From: an uncultured Flavobacterium sp.
Lineage (GTDB): Bacteria; Bacteroidota; Bacteroidia; Flavobacteriales; Flavobacteriaceae
DNA length: 64,000 nt
NCBI GenBank assembly: GCA_964485115.1
Contig: CAZAHJ010000003.1
Span: forward strand, 3,229-67,228
Direction of reading: 5' to 3'
Shown here: positions 20,632 through 30,754 of the stretch, piece after piece
How positions within the stretch are numbered: position 1 is the stretch's first letter
Layout of the letters: every line of letters starts with the position of its first letter
Made by a program: the position numbers and the translations under genes
Notes under the pieces: model-generated
The model's input: the letters and a program-made list of their open reading frames with translations, nothing else
Database searches by the model: none
What the model was told of the DNA's origin: nothing

Positions 20632-21870
20632 CTATTCATATCTCAAGGATTCAATAGGATCTTGTTTGGCAGCTTTGATGGCTGGGAACAATCCGGAAAT
20701 TACTGCAACCAAAAAACTCACAATCACAGCTGCAATCATAGCTCCCCAGGGTACTACAAAAACAAAATTCAGCAAACTTGACACTCCATAACCAATCAGG
20801 ATTCCTAAAATGATACCTACAAATCCACCCAATTGGCCAACCACTACAGTTTCGGTAAAAAACTGCATGGCAATAGTGCTTCTTTTTGCGCCTAGTGCTT
20901 TTCGAATCCCAATTTCTCGAGTTCTTTCAGAAACCGATACCAACATGATATTCATTAAAGCAATGGAAGAACCAAAAATGGTGATGATCCCGATTGCAAT
21001 GGCAGCAACATTCAAAGCAATGGTGATAGATAGTATTTGGTTGATCAATTCGTCACTTCGCTGGATGCCAAAGTTGTTTTCTTCCACCGGATTTAATTTT
21101 CTAATCTGACGCATTACCAAAGTGGCTTCATTTATTGCATCACCTAACAATTCTTGCTTTAATACATTAACACGTAAATTGTAATTAATGTTGGGTTGGG
21201 TATAAATTGAACGAGCAATTTGAAGCGGAATAATTACTCGTAAATCCTGGCTATTGCCAAATGTAGAGCCTTTTTCTTTCAATACTCCTACTACACGAAA
21301 CTTGTTGCCACGAATAGAAACTATCTTGTCAATCGGATTGATGTTTTGAAACAAACCTTTCATAAAATCTGAACCTAAAACGCAAACGTTTTGGTTGTTA
21401 TTGACCTCAAAAGGAGTAAAATTTCTGCCAAACTGAAACTCTAAGCCAGAATTTGGAGCATAAAATTCGTCTGCCCCAACAATAGTAATTTCAGGATCTG
21501 TTTTTTGGTTTTCGTATTTTACTTCGGCATTGCTAGTTGCAACAAAAAATGCAGAAACATCTGCCAAAGGATAATCGTATTTATCTTTAAAGGCCTTGAT
21601 GTCTGGATAGGAAATGATTGGATTGATTTTTTCTCTTTCTTGTCCTCTTCCATTACCAATTCTCACCTCCATTTCATACTGACGAATATTAAAACCATTA
21701 GCTCCCATTGAAGAAAAATCAGAGGATAAGGTGTTTTTAAATGCAGCCACCAAGGTTAAAATACTTACCAGTGCGGTGATACCTAATGCAATGATGAAAA
21801 TAGTCAGCACAGTTCGCAACATTTGCGAACGTATAGAATTTAAGGCTACTTTGATATTTTCCTTGAGCAT
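20632..21870 (-). CDS. ABC transporter permease, FtsX/MacB-type
   Basis: TM1, a large periplasmic loop and three C-terminal TMs. RTREIGIRKALGA motif. No ATPase gene is adjacent. Confidence 0.85.
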   Translation of the reverse strand: MLKENIKVALNSIRSQMLRTVLTIFIIALGITALVSILTLVAAFKNTLSSDFSSMGANGFNIRQYEMEVRIGNGRGQEREKINPIISYPDIKAFKDKYDYPLADVSAFFVATSNAEVKYENQKTDPEITIVGADEFYAPNSGLEFQFGRNFTPFEVNNNQNVCVLGSDFMKGLFQNINPIDKIVSIRGNKFRVVGVLKEKGSTFGNSQDLRVIIPLQIARSIYTQPNINYNLRVNVLKQELLGDAINEATLVMRQIRKLNPVEENNFGIQRSDELINQILSITIALNVAAIAIGIITIFGSSIALMNIMLVSVSERTREIGIRKALGAKRSTIAMQFFTETVVVGQLGGFVGIILGILIGYGVSSLLNFVFVVPWGAMIAAVIVSFLVAVISGLFPAIKAAKQDPIESLRYE

Positions 21871-21985
21871 GAAAAAGCTTTGAACTATTGGACTAAATGT
21901 TGGATGTTTTGTTACATATAAATCCTCTTTTTTAGAAGCAGGTATCTAACAAAAATAGATTATTGTTCGCTGTATTTCCTTTTCA

Positions 21986-21993
21986 TACCTTTG
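21986..21993 (+). promoter_or_regulatory. Candidate -7 box (TACCTTTG) for hisS
   Basis: TAnnTTTG match 15 nt before ATG 22009. Confidence 0.45.
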
Positions 21994-22008
21994 TAAAAAA
22001 TGTAAAAG

Positions 22009-23361
22009 ATGGCTCAAAAACCAAGTTTAGCAAAAGGAACGAGAGATTTTAACTCCGAAGAAGTTTTTAAAAGAAATTATATTATTCAAATTATTCAAAA
22101 GCATTTTCAACGATTTGGATTTACACCTATTGAAACACCATCTTTTGAAAATTCAGAAACACTATTGGGAAAATATGGTGAGGAAGGTGATCGATTGATT
22201 TTTAAAATCCTTAATTCTGGTGATTTTTTAGCCAAGGCGGATGCAACATTTTTACATGAAAAGAATTCCTTTAAAATTGCATCACAAATCACAGAAAAAG
22301 CTCTTCGATACGACTTGACCGTGCCATTTGCTCGCTATGTGGTAATGCATCAAAATGAATTGGTTTTTCCGTTCAAACGATACCAAATACAACCGGTTTG
22401 GAGAGCAGATCGTCCGCAAAAAGGTAGATTCAGAGAGTTTTACCAATGCGATGCCGATGTGATTGGTTCTACTTCTTTGTTACAAGAAGTGGAATTATTA
22501 CAATTGTACGATGCTGTTTTTACCGATCTTGGGTTGCACGGAGTTACTTTAAAAATGAACAATCGTAAAATTTTATCGGGTTTTGCCGAAATCATGCAAG
22601 CACAAGAACATTTGATTGATTTTACAGTTGCATTGGATAAATTAGATAAAATAGGGGAGGAAGCAGTTAAACAAGAAATGTTAGATAAAGGTATTTCTGC
22701 CGAGGCAATTGCCAAAATCCAACCTTTGTTCTCCTTTTCAGGAAGTAACACAGACAAGTTAAATACTTTAAAAGAATTGTTATCCACTTCTATCATCGGA
22801 ATGCAAGGTGTAGCTGAAATGGATTTTTTAATCCAAACCATTCAAGAAATTGGTTTACAAACTGCGCAATTGCAAATAGAAGTTACCTTGGCAAGAGGCT
22901 TGAATTATTACACCGGAACTATTTTGGAGGTAGCAGCACCTCAAGTTCAAATGGGTTCGATAGGTGGTGGGGGAAGATATGACGACTTGACGGGGATTTT
23001 TGGATTAAATAACATGAGTGGAGTCGGAATTTCTTTTGGTTTAGACCGAATTTATTTGGTTTTAGAAGAATTAGGTTTGTTTCCGGATTCTTTACAAAAC
23101 ACGTTAGAGGTGTTGTTTATGCTAGATGACCAAACTTCTTTGGTATTGGTATTGAAGGCCATTCAACAGCTTAGACAAAAAGGGGTAATGGCAGAGTTAT
23201 ACCCGGATGCTACCAAATCTGACAAGCAATTCAAATATGCCGAACGTAAAAATGTCACTTGGTTGGTTCGCAAAGCAAGTGCAGAGCAACTAGAAGTAAA
23301 AAACTTAAAAACAAACGAAATTGAAACATTGGATTGTAATGATTTTTTGTCAAAATTTTAA
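22009..23361 (+). CDS. hisS: Histidine--tRNA ligase
   Basis: KGTRDF, LRYDLTVPFARY, RFREFYQCDADV, GGGGRYD motifs of class II HisRS. Confidence 0.95.
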   Translation: MAQKPSLAKGTRDFNSEEVFKRNYIIQIIQKHFQRFGFTPIETPSFENSETLLGKYGEEGDRLIFKILNSGDFLAKADATFLHEKNSFKIASQITEKALRYDLTVPFARYVVMHQNELVFPFKRYQIQPVWRADRPQKGRFREFYQCDADVIGSTSLLQEVELLQLYDAVFTDLGLHGVTLKMNNRKILSGFAEIMQAQEHLIDFTVALDKLDKIGEEAVKQEMLDKGISAEAIAKIQPLFSFSGSNTDKLNTLKELLSTSIIGMQGVAEMDFLIQTIQEIGLQTAQLQIEVTLARGLNYYTGTILEVAAPQVQMGSIGGGGRYDDLTGIFGLNNMSGVGISFGLDRIYLVLEELGLFPDSLQNTLEVLFMLDDQTSLVLVLKAIQQLRQKGVMAELYPDATKSDKQFKYAERKNVTWLVRKASAEQLEVKNLKTNEIETLDCNDFLSKF

Positions 23362-23416
23362 AATTTGGTCATTTTAATTATTAAGTCGAAAATTTTGTGC
23401 GACCAATTACATTGCG

Positions 23417-23424
23417 TAAATTTG
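23417..23424 (+). promoter_or_regulatory. Candidate -7 box (TAAATTTG) for fabH
   Basis: TAnnTTTG match 38 nt before ATG 23463. Confidence 0.35.
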
Positions 23425-23462
23425 ATATCCTAATTTTCGATAATTAACTTAAATAGTAGTTT

Positions 23463-24470
23463 ATGTACCAATCATATATAAAAGGTTTGGGTTTTTATGT
23501 ACCTGAAAATGTGGTTACCAACCACGATTTAACCAAGATAATGGATACTACTGATGAGTGGATCCAAGAAAGAACCGGAATTTTAGAGCGAAGACATATC
23601 AACACTCCTGAAGAAAACACGACTTCGATGGGGGTAAAAGCAGCAAAAGTTGCCATTGAAAGAGCAGGAATTGATAAAAATGAAATTGATTTTATCATCT
23701 TCGCAACATTAAGTCCGGATTATTATTTCCCTGGTCCTGGTGTTTTGGTGCAAAGAGATTTGGAGTTGCCAACTGTTGGTGCTTTGGATATTAGAAACCA
23801 ATGTTCTGGGTTTGTGTATGCTTTGTCTATTGCAGACCAATACATCAAAACTGGCATGTACAAAAATATCTTAATTATTGGATCGGAAACCCACTCCAGA
23901 GGATTAGACATGACTACAAGAGGAAGAAATGTTTCTGTAATTTTTGGAGATGGGGCAGGAGCAGCCATTATTTCTAGGTCTGAAAAAGAAGGCAAAGGAA
24001 TTTTATCTACCCACTTACATTCCGAAGGGCAACATGCAGAAGAATTAGCAGTAATTGCTCCGGGTATGGGCAAGCGTTGGGTAACTGATATTTTGAAAGA
24101 CAACGACCCAGATGACATTTCTTACACACCTCACATGAACGGACAGTTTGTGTTTAAAAATGCCGTTGTTCGTTTTAGCGAAGTGATCATGGAAGGTTTG
24201 CAGGCTAATCAATTGCAAGTTTCGGATATCAATATGTTGATTCCGCACCAAGCGAATTTAAGAATCTCGCAATTTATCCAGCAAAAATTCCGCTTACAAG
24301 ACAATCAAGTATACAACAACATTCAAAAGTACGGAAATACCACTGCTGCCTCAATTCCAATCGCCTTAACTGAGGCATGGGAAAAAGGCATGATTAAAGA
24401 GGGAGATTTGGTAGTGTTGGCTGCTTTTGGTAGTGGTTTTACCTGGGGAAGTGTGATTATGAGGTGGTAA
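23463..24470 (+). CDS. fabH: 3-oxoacyl-ACP synthase III
   Basis: NQCSGFVYAL (active-site Cys), HQANLRI, GNTTAASIP, GSGFTWGS. Confidence 0.93.
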   Translation: MYQSYIKGLGFYVPENVVTNHDLTKIMDTTDEWIQERTGILERRHINTPEENTTSMGVKAAKVAIERAGIDKNEIDFIIFATLSPDYYFPGPGVLVQRDLELPTVGALDIRNQCSGFVYALSIADQYIKTGMYKNILIIGSETHSRGLDMTTRGRNVSVIFGDGAGAAIISRSEKEGKGILSTHLHSEGQHAEELAVIAPGMGKRWVTDILKDNDPDDISYTPHMNGQFVFKNAVVRFSEVIMEGLQANQLQVSDINMLIPHQANLRISQFIQQKFRLQDNQVYNNIQKYGNTTAASIPIALTEAWEKGMIKEGDLVVLAAFGSGFTWGSVIMRW

Positions 24471-24553
24471 TATTATAATCCTAAAATAATTGTTTGACTG
24501 TTTTTTGATTTCTCTAAAAAAGTTTCGTTATTCAAAGTCACAATTATATATTT

Positions 24554-24585
24554 AAAAAATCTCGGAAATTTCCGAGATTTTTTTT
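24554..24585. terminator. Bidirectional terminator between fabH and hemL
   Basis: 30-bp perfect palindrome AAAAAATCTCGGAAA|TTTCCGAGATTTTTT, abutting the hemL stop codon. Confidence 0.8.
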
Positions 24586-25870
24586 ACATCAATTTGCTCA
24601 CTTCTTTTATTGCTTGTAACGTTTGGTCTAAATCATCATACGTTAAAGCATCTGTTAAAAACCAGGTTTCGTAAGCAGATGGAGCAATATAAATGCCTCT
24701 TTTTAACAATCCGTGGAAAAACTTTTTGAACAAATCATTGTCTCCATTTTTGGCAGTAGCAAAATCAACCACTGACTCTTGGTGAAAATGAATAGAAATC
24801 ATAGACCCTACTTGGTTAATTGTAAAAGGGATATTGGTGTTTGCAAATATTTCTTGTATTCCATTTTTCAAATAAATTGTTTTTGCTTCTAAAGAGGTAA
24901 ACACCTCTGGGTGATCATTCAAATATTGCAACATTTCATATCCAGCTGCCATAGCTAAGGGGTTTCCTGATAGAGTTCCCGCTTGGTATACCGGGCCTAA
25001 TGGAGCCAAATGATTCATGATTTCTTCTCTAGCAGCAAATGCACCCACTGGCAATCCGCCTCCTATTACCTTTCCAAAACAAACAATATCTGAATCTACC
25101 TTATACAATTCTTGTACTCCGCCTTTTGCCAAACGAAAACCAGTCATTACCTCATCAAAAATAAGTAACGCTCCATTTTCCAAACAAAGTTTTTTTAAAC
25201 CTTGTAAAAAACCTTCTTTTGGGGGTACACAACCCATATTTCCTGCTACAGGTTCTACAATGATAGCTGCAATTTCTTCTGGATTAGATTGAAACAAATG
25301 TGCTACTTCCTCCAAATTGTTATAAGATGCTAAAAGCGTATCTTGAGCAGTTCCTGGTGTGATACCTGGACTATTTGGTACTCCAAAAGTACTAGCTCCA
25401 CTTCCGGCTTGAATCAAAAACGAATCGGAATGTCCGTGATAGCAGCCTGCAAACTTGATTATTTTATGACGCTTGGTAAACCCACGAGCCAACCTAATTG
25501 CACTCATGCATGCTTCTGTACCAGAATTTACAAATCGGATTTTATCGATATTTGGCACCATTTCAACTGCCAACTTTGCAATTTTGGTTTCCAATTCGGT
25601 TGGCATGCCAAATGAAGTTCCTTTTTCAGCAGTTGTTTTGATGGCATTAATTACTGGCTCAAAAGCGTGCCCTAGTATCATTGGTCCCCAAGAATTGATA
25701 TAATCAATCAATACTTTACCGTCTTCATCATACAAATATGCCCCTTTGGCTCTTTTGACAAAAATGGGGGTACCACCTACCGCTTTAAATGCTCGAACAG
25801 GAGAATTTACTCCTCCCGGAATATATTGTTGTGCTTCTACAAAAAGTTGACTGCTTCGTTGGTATAACAT
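24584..25870 (-). CDS. hemL: Glutamate-1-semialdehyde 2,1-aminomutase
   Basis: [36 protein letters not shown] (PLP Lys). Confidence 0.95.
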   Translation of the reverse strand: MLYQRSSQLFVEAQQYIPGGVNSPVRAFKAVGGTPIFVKRAKGAYLYDEDGKVLIDYINSWGPMILGHAFEPVINAIKTTAEKGTSFGMPTELETKIAKLAVEMVPNIDKIRFVNSGTEACMSAIRLARGFTKRHKIIKFAGCYHGHSDSFLIQAGSGASTFGVPNSPGITPGTAQDTLLASYNNLEEVAHLFQSNPEEIAAIIVEPVAGNMGCVPPKEGFLQGLKKLCLENGALLIFDEVMTGFRLAKGGVQELYKVDSDIVCFGKVIGGGLPVGAFAAREEIMNHLAPLGPVYQAGTLSGNPLAMAAGYEMLQYLNDHPEVFTSLEAKTIYLKNGIQEIFANTNIPFTINQVGSMISIHFHQESVVDFATAKNGDNDLFKKFFHGLLKRGIYIAPSAYETWFLTDALTYDDLDQTLQAIKEVSKLM

Positions 25871-25871
25871 G

Positions 25872-26777
25872 TTATTTTACTTTTAAAATTTGACCAATAG
25901 AAATGTTATTGTCGTTCAAATTGTTCATCTTTTTTAATTCCTCCAATGTCATTTGGTATTTTCTGGATATGGAATACAAGGTATCTCCTTTTTCTACTCG
26001 ATGTGTTTTTATCAAAGTAGTTTCATTGGAAGAATTTGAGTTGGTAGAAGGATGACTTTTAGGTTTTTCATCTGCCAAAACAGGCTTTCCTAAAACTTCT
26101 GCATCAAAACGATGCAATTGGTATCTTTCTATCAAACTAGTTAATTTATCTGGATATTTTGGGTCTGTAGCATAACCTGCATCTTTCAAGCCTTTAGCCC
26201 AAGCCTTGTAGTTATCTTTTTCTAAAGTAAATAATTGCACATAATATTTTCTGGTACTTAAAAAAAGAGCGTGGTCACGAAACGATTCAGATGGGTATTT
26301 ATACTTTCTAAAACATTCGTCTTTGGCATCATCGTTATGAAATATTTGATCTCCTTGCCATTCTTTGTGGCATTTTATACCGAAATGGTTGTTTGCTTGC
26401 ACACTAAGTCTTGCAGTACCTGCACCTGATTCTAAAATCCCCTGTGCCAATGTAATACTAGCAGGAATTCCGAATTCTTTCATGTTATTTTTAGCTGTTT
26501 CTTTAAATTGGTCAATATAGTCCAAAACCACTTGCTGGGTAATTTTTACTGTAGATGTTGCCTTTAATTCTTCATTTGGAGCAGTGCTTTCAGAAGAAGT
26601 TGGCTTACTTACATGGGTGCTAGCTGGTCTGCTTATAGTATTGGCAGGCCTTGATGTGGTTGCGGTTGGTTTTGAAGTTTGGATAACTGATTTTCCCTTG
26701 TTGTTAGAAACTGTTTTTTTTTGTGTTGAACAACTTGCTATGAAAATTAAGCAAAAGGCAAATAGTAATTTATGCAT
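25872..26777 (-). CDS. Lipoprotein with N-acetylglucosaminidase domain and C-terminal LysM
   Basis: Lipobox LIFIASCS; a Ser/Thr/Pro linker; [26 protein letters not shown] (glucosaminidase); [27 protein letters not shown]...IGQILKV (LysM). Confidence 0.8.
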   Translation of the reverse strand: MHKLLFAFCLIFIASCSTQKKTVSNNKGKSVIQTSKPTATTSRPANTISRPASTHVSKPTSSESTAPNEELKATSTVKITQQVVLDYIDQFKETAKNNMKEFGIPASITLAQGILESGAGTARLSVQANNHFGIKCHKEWQGDQIFHNDDAKDECFRKYKYPSESFRDHALFLSTRKYYVQLFTLEKDNYKAWAKGLKDAGYATDPKYPDKLTSLIERYQLHRFDAEVLGKPVLADEKPKSHPSTNSNSSNETTLIKTHRVEKGDTLYSISRKYQMTLEELKKMNNLNDNNISIGQILKVK

Positions 26778-27705
26778 AAGTAATGGTTGTCTTATTTTTG
26801 TTTTTTAAGGTTTCATTCATTCCTTCAATTCCCTGTAAACCACCTGTGTGGATACCTAAGATTTTGGTGCCTTTTTCAAAATAATTTTGTCGGACCAAAT
26901 CTAAAATACCATACATCATCTTACCAGTGTATAACGGATCTAACGGAATTTTAGTTTGCTCATAAAATTCATTTAGCCATTGGATTAAATCGGAAGTTAC
27001 TTTTCCGTACCCCCCAAAATGATATTCATTAAACAAATTCCATGAATTTTCAGAAGTCACAAATTTACGAATATCTTCGGCTAAAAATGCTCCTTTTAAA
27101 GCCGGAAAACCTATAATTTTTTGATAATTTTTTGCACTATTGATTATTCCCGCAATAGTTCCACCTGTACCTACTGCACAAGTAATCACATGAAACTTAC
27201 TGTCGTTATTGGTTAAAATTTCTTCACAACCTTTGATTGCCAGAGCGTTGGTACCTCCTTCGGGAATCCAATGATGTTTTTGTAATTCTGGAAAAAAAGT
27301 TGGTATTGTTTCTTTATTATGATACAATTCTCTTGAAATAAATCGAAATTGCATTCCAAATTTGGCTGCTTTTATTAATGTTGGATTTTGTTGCCATGCA
27401 TGCTGCAATTCTTCTCCCCTAATAATTCCGATGGTTGGTTTTTGAAATAAGAACCCGGCATAAGCAACAGCCAAAATATGGTTTGAATATGCTCCTCCAA
27501 AAGTAACCCAACCTTGAGAATTCAAATTCTCAAGAATGTTATATTTGAGTTTTCGGAACTTATTCCCAGATATATAAGGATGCAATAAATCCTCTCTTTT
27601 GATCCAGATTTCTACCCCATAATACTCCAACCAATCCAACTCCATTTTTTGGTTAATGGCGTTTATTTCTTTAAATACTTCCAAAAACTCTATGTTTTTC
27701 TTCAT
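26770..27705 (-). CDS. PLP-dependent ACC deaminase / D-cysteine desulfhydrase family protein
   Basis: SGNKFRKLKYNI (PLP-Lys motif), GGAYSNH, a GTGGT loop, IHTGG. Confidence 0.8.
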   Translation of the reverse strand: MKKNIEFLEVFKEINAINQKMELDWLEYYGVEIWIKREDLLHPYISGNKFRKLKYNILENLNSQGWVTFGGAYSNHILAVAYAGFLFQKPTIGIIRGEELQHAWQQNPTLIKAAKFGMQFRFISRELYHNKETIPTFFPELQKHHWIPEGGTNALAIKGCEEILTNNDSKFHVITCAVGTGGTIAGIINSAKNYQKIIGFPALKGAFLAEDIRKFVTSENSWNLFNEYHFGGYGKVTSDLIQWLNEFYEQTKIPLDPLYTGKMMYGILDLVRQNYFEKGTKILGIHTGGLQGIEGMNETLKNKNKTTITYA

Positions 27706-27749
27706 TAAAAAAGTGCAACTAAAACAATCATTTTTTGAGAAATCGTTAA

Positions 27750-27950
<201 letters not shown>

Positions 27951-27999
27951 CAATCAATTAATAAAATAAATAAAAAAACAAACTACTAAAAAAGCTGTA

Positions 28000-30015
28000 A
28001 TGCAAACTATTATAGATACTTCAGTTGTTGAAAAATTTCAACAAGAAATATTGGCAGGTATTCCGGAAGAATTACCTCAAATTAAGCCTTATGATCGATT
28101 GGTAAATCATGCTCCAAAACGAAAGGAAATTTTAACGCAAGAAGAGAAAAAGTTGGCTTTAAAAAATGCGTTACGATATTTTGACCCAAAGCATCATGCA
28201 GCACTTTTGCCAGAATTTAAGGAGGAATTAGATACTTACGGCAGAATTTACATGTATCGTTTTCGTCCGGATTACAAAATTTATGCCCGACCAATTTCCG
28301 ATTATCCCGGAAAATGTGATCAAGCAAAAGCCATCATGTTAATGATTCAAAATAATTTGGATCATGCGGTTGCACAACATCCACATGAACTAATCACTTA
28401 TGGTGGCAATGGAGCAGTATTTCAAAACTGGGCACAATATCGCTTAACCATGCAATATTTAGCTGAAATGACGGAAGAACAAACCTTGGTAATGTATTCG
28501 GGTCACCCTATGGGATTGTTTCCATCACATAAAGATGCTCCAAGAGTGGTAGTAACCAACGGGATGGTAATACCGAATTACTCTAAATCTGATGATTGGG
28601 AAAAATTCAATGCCTTAGGAGTAAGTCAGTACGGACAAATGACTGCGGGTAGTTATATGTATATTGGTCCACAAGGAATTGTACACGGAACTACCATTAC
28701 CGTATTAAATGGATTTAGAAAAATAAATAAAAATCCGAAAGGAAAATTATTTGTAACCTCTGGTTTAGGAGGAATGAGCGGTGCACAACCTAAAGCCGGG
28801 AATATTGCAGGTTGTATTACTGTGTGTGCAGAAGTAAACCCAAAAATTACCAAAATCAGACATGAACAAAAATGGGTAGATGAAATTATTACCAATATCA
28901 ATGAGTTGGTGCTGAGAGTTCAAAAAGCTCAAGCGAATGAAGAAGTTGTCTCCATCGCTTATTTAGGTAATATTGTAGAAGTTTGGGAAAAATTTGCAGA
29001 AGAAAACATCACGATTGATTTAGGCTCTGACCAAACTTCGTTACACAATCCGTGGGCTGGAGGGTATTATCCGATTGGGTATAGTTTTGAAGAAGCCAAT
29101 GAAATGATGGCAAACGAACCTGAAAAATTCAAAGAGGAAGTGAGAAAAACTTTACGCAGACATGCCAATGCCATCAACCAACATGCGGCAAAAGGCACGT
29201 ACTTTTTTGACTACGGAAATGCCTTTTTGTTAGAATCTTCTAGAGCCGGTGCCAATGTACTTTCAGATCATCCAACTATTGGAAGAGAATTTAAATATCC
29301 TAGTTATGTGCAGGACATTATGGGGCCTATGTGCTTTGACTATGGTTTTGGGCCGTTCCGATGGGTTTGTGCTTCTGGAAATCCGGAAGATTTAGCCAAA
29401 TCCGATCAAATTGCCTGTGAAGTTTTAGAGGAAATGATGTTACATGCACCGGATGAAATTCAACAACAAATGGCAGATAACATCCAATGGATCAAAGAAG
29501 CCCAACAAAATCAATTGGTAGTTGGTTCGCAAGCTAGAATTTTATATGCGGATGCGGAAGGAAGAATGAAAATTGCAGAAGCATTTAACAAAGCCATAGC
29601 CAAAGGAGTATTAGGTCCGATTATTTTAGGGAGAGATCACCACGATGTATCTGGAACAGATTCTCCTTACAGAGAAACCTCTAACATTTATGATGGTTCC
29701 AGATTTACCGCAGATATGGCTATTCACAATGTGATTGGAGATAGCTTTAGAGGAGCCACTTGGGTTTCTATCCACAATGGTGGAGGTGTTGGTTGGGGAG
29801 AAGTAATTAATGGTGGATTTGGCATGGTTTTGGATGGATCTGAAGATAGCGATAGAAGGTTGAAATCAATGCTTTTTTGGGATGTGAATAACGGAATTGC
29901 AAGAAGAAGCTGGGCAAGAAACGAAGGTGCCATTTTTGCGATAAAAAGAGCGATGGAAACGCAACCTTTACTAAAAGTTACCATCCCTAATATAGTAGAT
30001 GATGGGTTGATTTGA
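28000..30015 (+). CDS. hutU: Urocanate hydratase
   Basis: 671 aa. YGGNGAVFQNW, GLGGMSGAQP, GSDQTSLHNP, RDHHDVSGTDSPYRETS. Full-length urocanase pattern. Confidence 0.95.
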   Translation: MQTIIDTSVVEKFQQEILAGIPEELPQIKPYDRLVNHAPKRKEILTQEEKKLALKNALRYFDPKHHAALLPEFKEELDTYGRIYMYRFRPDYKIYARPISDYPGKCDQAKAIMLMIQNNLDHAVAQHPHELITYGGNGAVFQNWAQYRLTMQYLAEMTEEQTLVMYSGHPMGLFPSHKDAPRVVVTNGMVIPNYSKSDDWEKFNALGVSQYGQMTAGSYMYIGPQGIVHGTTITVLNGFRKINKNPKGKLFVTSGLGGMSGAQPKAGNIAGCITVCAEVNPKITKIRHEQKWVDEIITNINELVLRVQKAQANEEVVSIAYLGNIVEVWEKFAEENITIDLGSDQTSLHNPWAGGYYPIGYSFEEANEMMANEPEKFKEEVRKTLRRHANAINQHAAKGTYFFDYGNAFLLESSRAGANVLSDHPTIGREFKYPSYVQDIMGPMCFDYGFGPFRWVCASGNPEDLAKSDQIACEVLEEMMLHAPDEIQQQMADNIQWIKEAQQNQLVVGSQARILYADAEGRMKIAEAFNKAIAKGVLGPIILGRDHHDVSGTDSPYRETSNIYDGSRFTADMAIHNVIGDSFRGATWVSIHNGGGVGWGEVINGGFGMVLDGSEDSDRRLKSMLFWDVNNGIARRSWARNEGAIFAIKRAMETQPLLKVTIPNIVDDGLI

Positions 30016-30031
30016 TTTTGTTTAAAGTTTC

Positions 30032-30069
30032 AGGTCGAGACGAAGCCGAGCTTGTCTCGATGTTGACCT
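30032..30069 (+). other. GC-rich stem-loop downstream of hutU (not a canonical terminator)
   Basis: TCGAGAC (30035-30041) pairs with GTCTCGA (30054-30060), and an inner AAGC/GCTT extends the stem. Alternative outer pairing AGGTC/GACCT. No T tract follows on either strand. Confidence 0.55.
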
Positions 30070-30140
30070 AAGCGTCAGCATTTCAAGTCTGAGATTTTAC
30101 TGATTATAATTTTTGTTGATTAGTAATTAAAAACATAAGT

Positions 30141-30674
30141 ATGAAAGCATTTTATATTTTCGCGTTAAGTATACTGTTTTTAACCTCTTGCAGCAGTGTA
30201 CAAGTGCACAGTGATTTTGAAAAAGGAGTGGATTTTAGCAAATACCAAACCTATGCATTTCAAAAGAGCAGTATTGATAAAGTAGAAATTTCCGACATCG
30301 ACAAACGTAGAATATTAAGAGCTCTTGAAAAAAACTTATCTGAAAAAGGTTTTGCAAAAAGTGAACAACCTCAATTATTAGTGTCGTTTTTTACTAAAGA
30401 GAGAGAACAAGTAGATGTTTGGCAAAACAACATGGCCTGGGGTTGGGGCTGGGGCTTGGGACCTTGGTGGGGTCCTGGTTGGGGAGGCACCCAAGTATCA
30501 AGTTACACTGAGGGAACTCTGTACATAGATATTATTGATGCCTCTAATAAAGAACTCATTTGGCAAGGTTATGGGGTTGGTGCTCTAAATCCAAGAGCAA
30601 AAAATAAAGAAGAAAGAATCCACCAATTTGTTTTGGAAATTTTAAAGAAGTATCCGCCACAAGAAAACAAATAA
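30141..30674 (+). CDS. DUF4136-like lipoprotein with Gly/Trp-rich insertion
   Basis: Lipobox LFLTSCSS; DFSKYQTYAF pattern; insertion AWGWGWGLGPWWGPGWGG. Confidence 0.65.
   Translation: MKAFYIFALSILFLTSCSSVQVHSDFEKGVDFSKYQTYAFQKSSIDKVEISDIDKRRILRALEKNLSEKGFAKSEQPQLLVSFFTKEREQVDVWQNNMAWGWGWGLGPWWGPGWGGTQVSSYTEGTLYIDIIDASNKELIWQGYGVGALNPRAKNKEERIHQFVLEILKKYPPQENK
30439..30484 (+). other. G-quadruplex-forming motif inside the DUF4136 gene
   Basis: GGGG TT GGGG CT GGGG CTT GGG ... GGGG ... GGGG on the coding strand. It encodes WGWGWGLGPWWGPGWGG. Confidence 0.6.
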
Positions 30675-30683
30675 TTAAATCAT

Positions 30684-30708
30684 AAAACTCCCTTAAGGGA
30701 GTTTTTTT
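30684..30708 (+). terminator. Intrinsic terminator after the DUF4136 gene
   Basis: AAAACTCCCTT|AAGGGAGTTTT followed by a T run. Confidence 0.75.
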
Positions 30709-30754
30709 ATGCATGTCTAAATTCATATCTTTACCTCTCTATAACGATTGAAAT

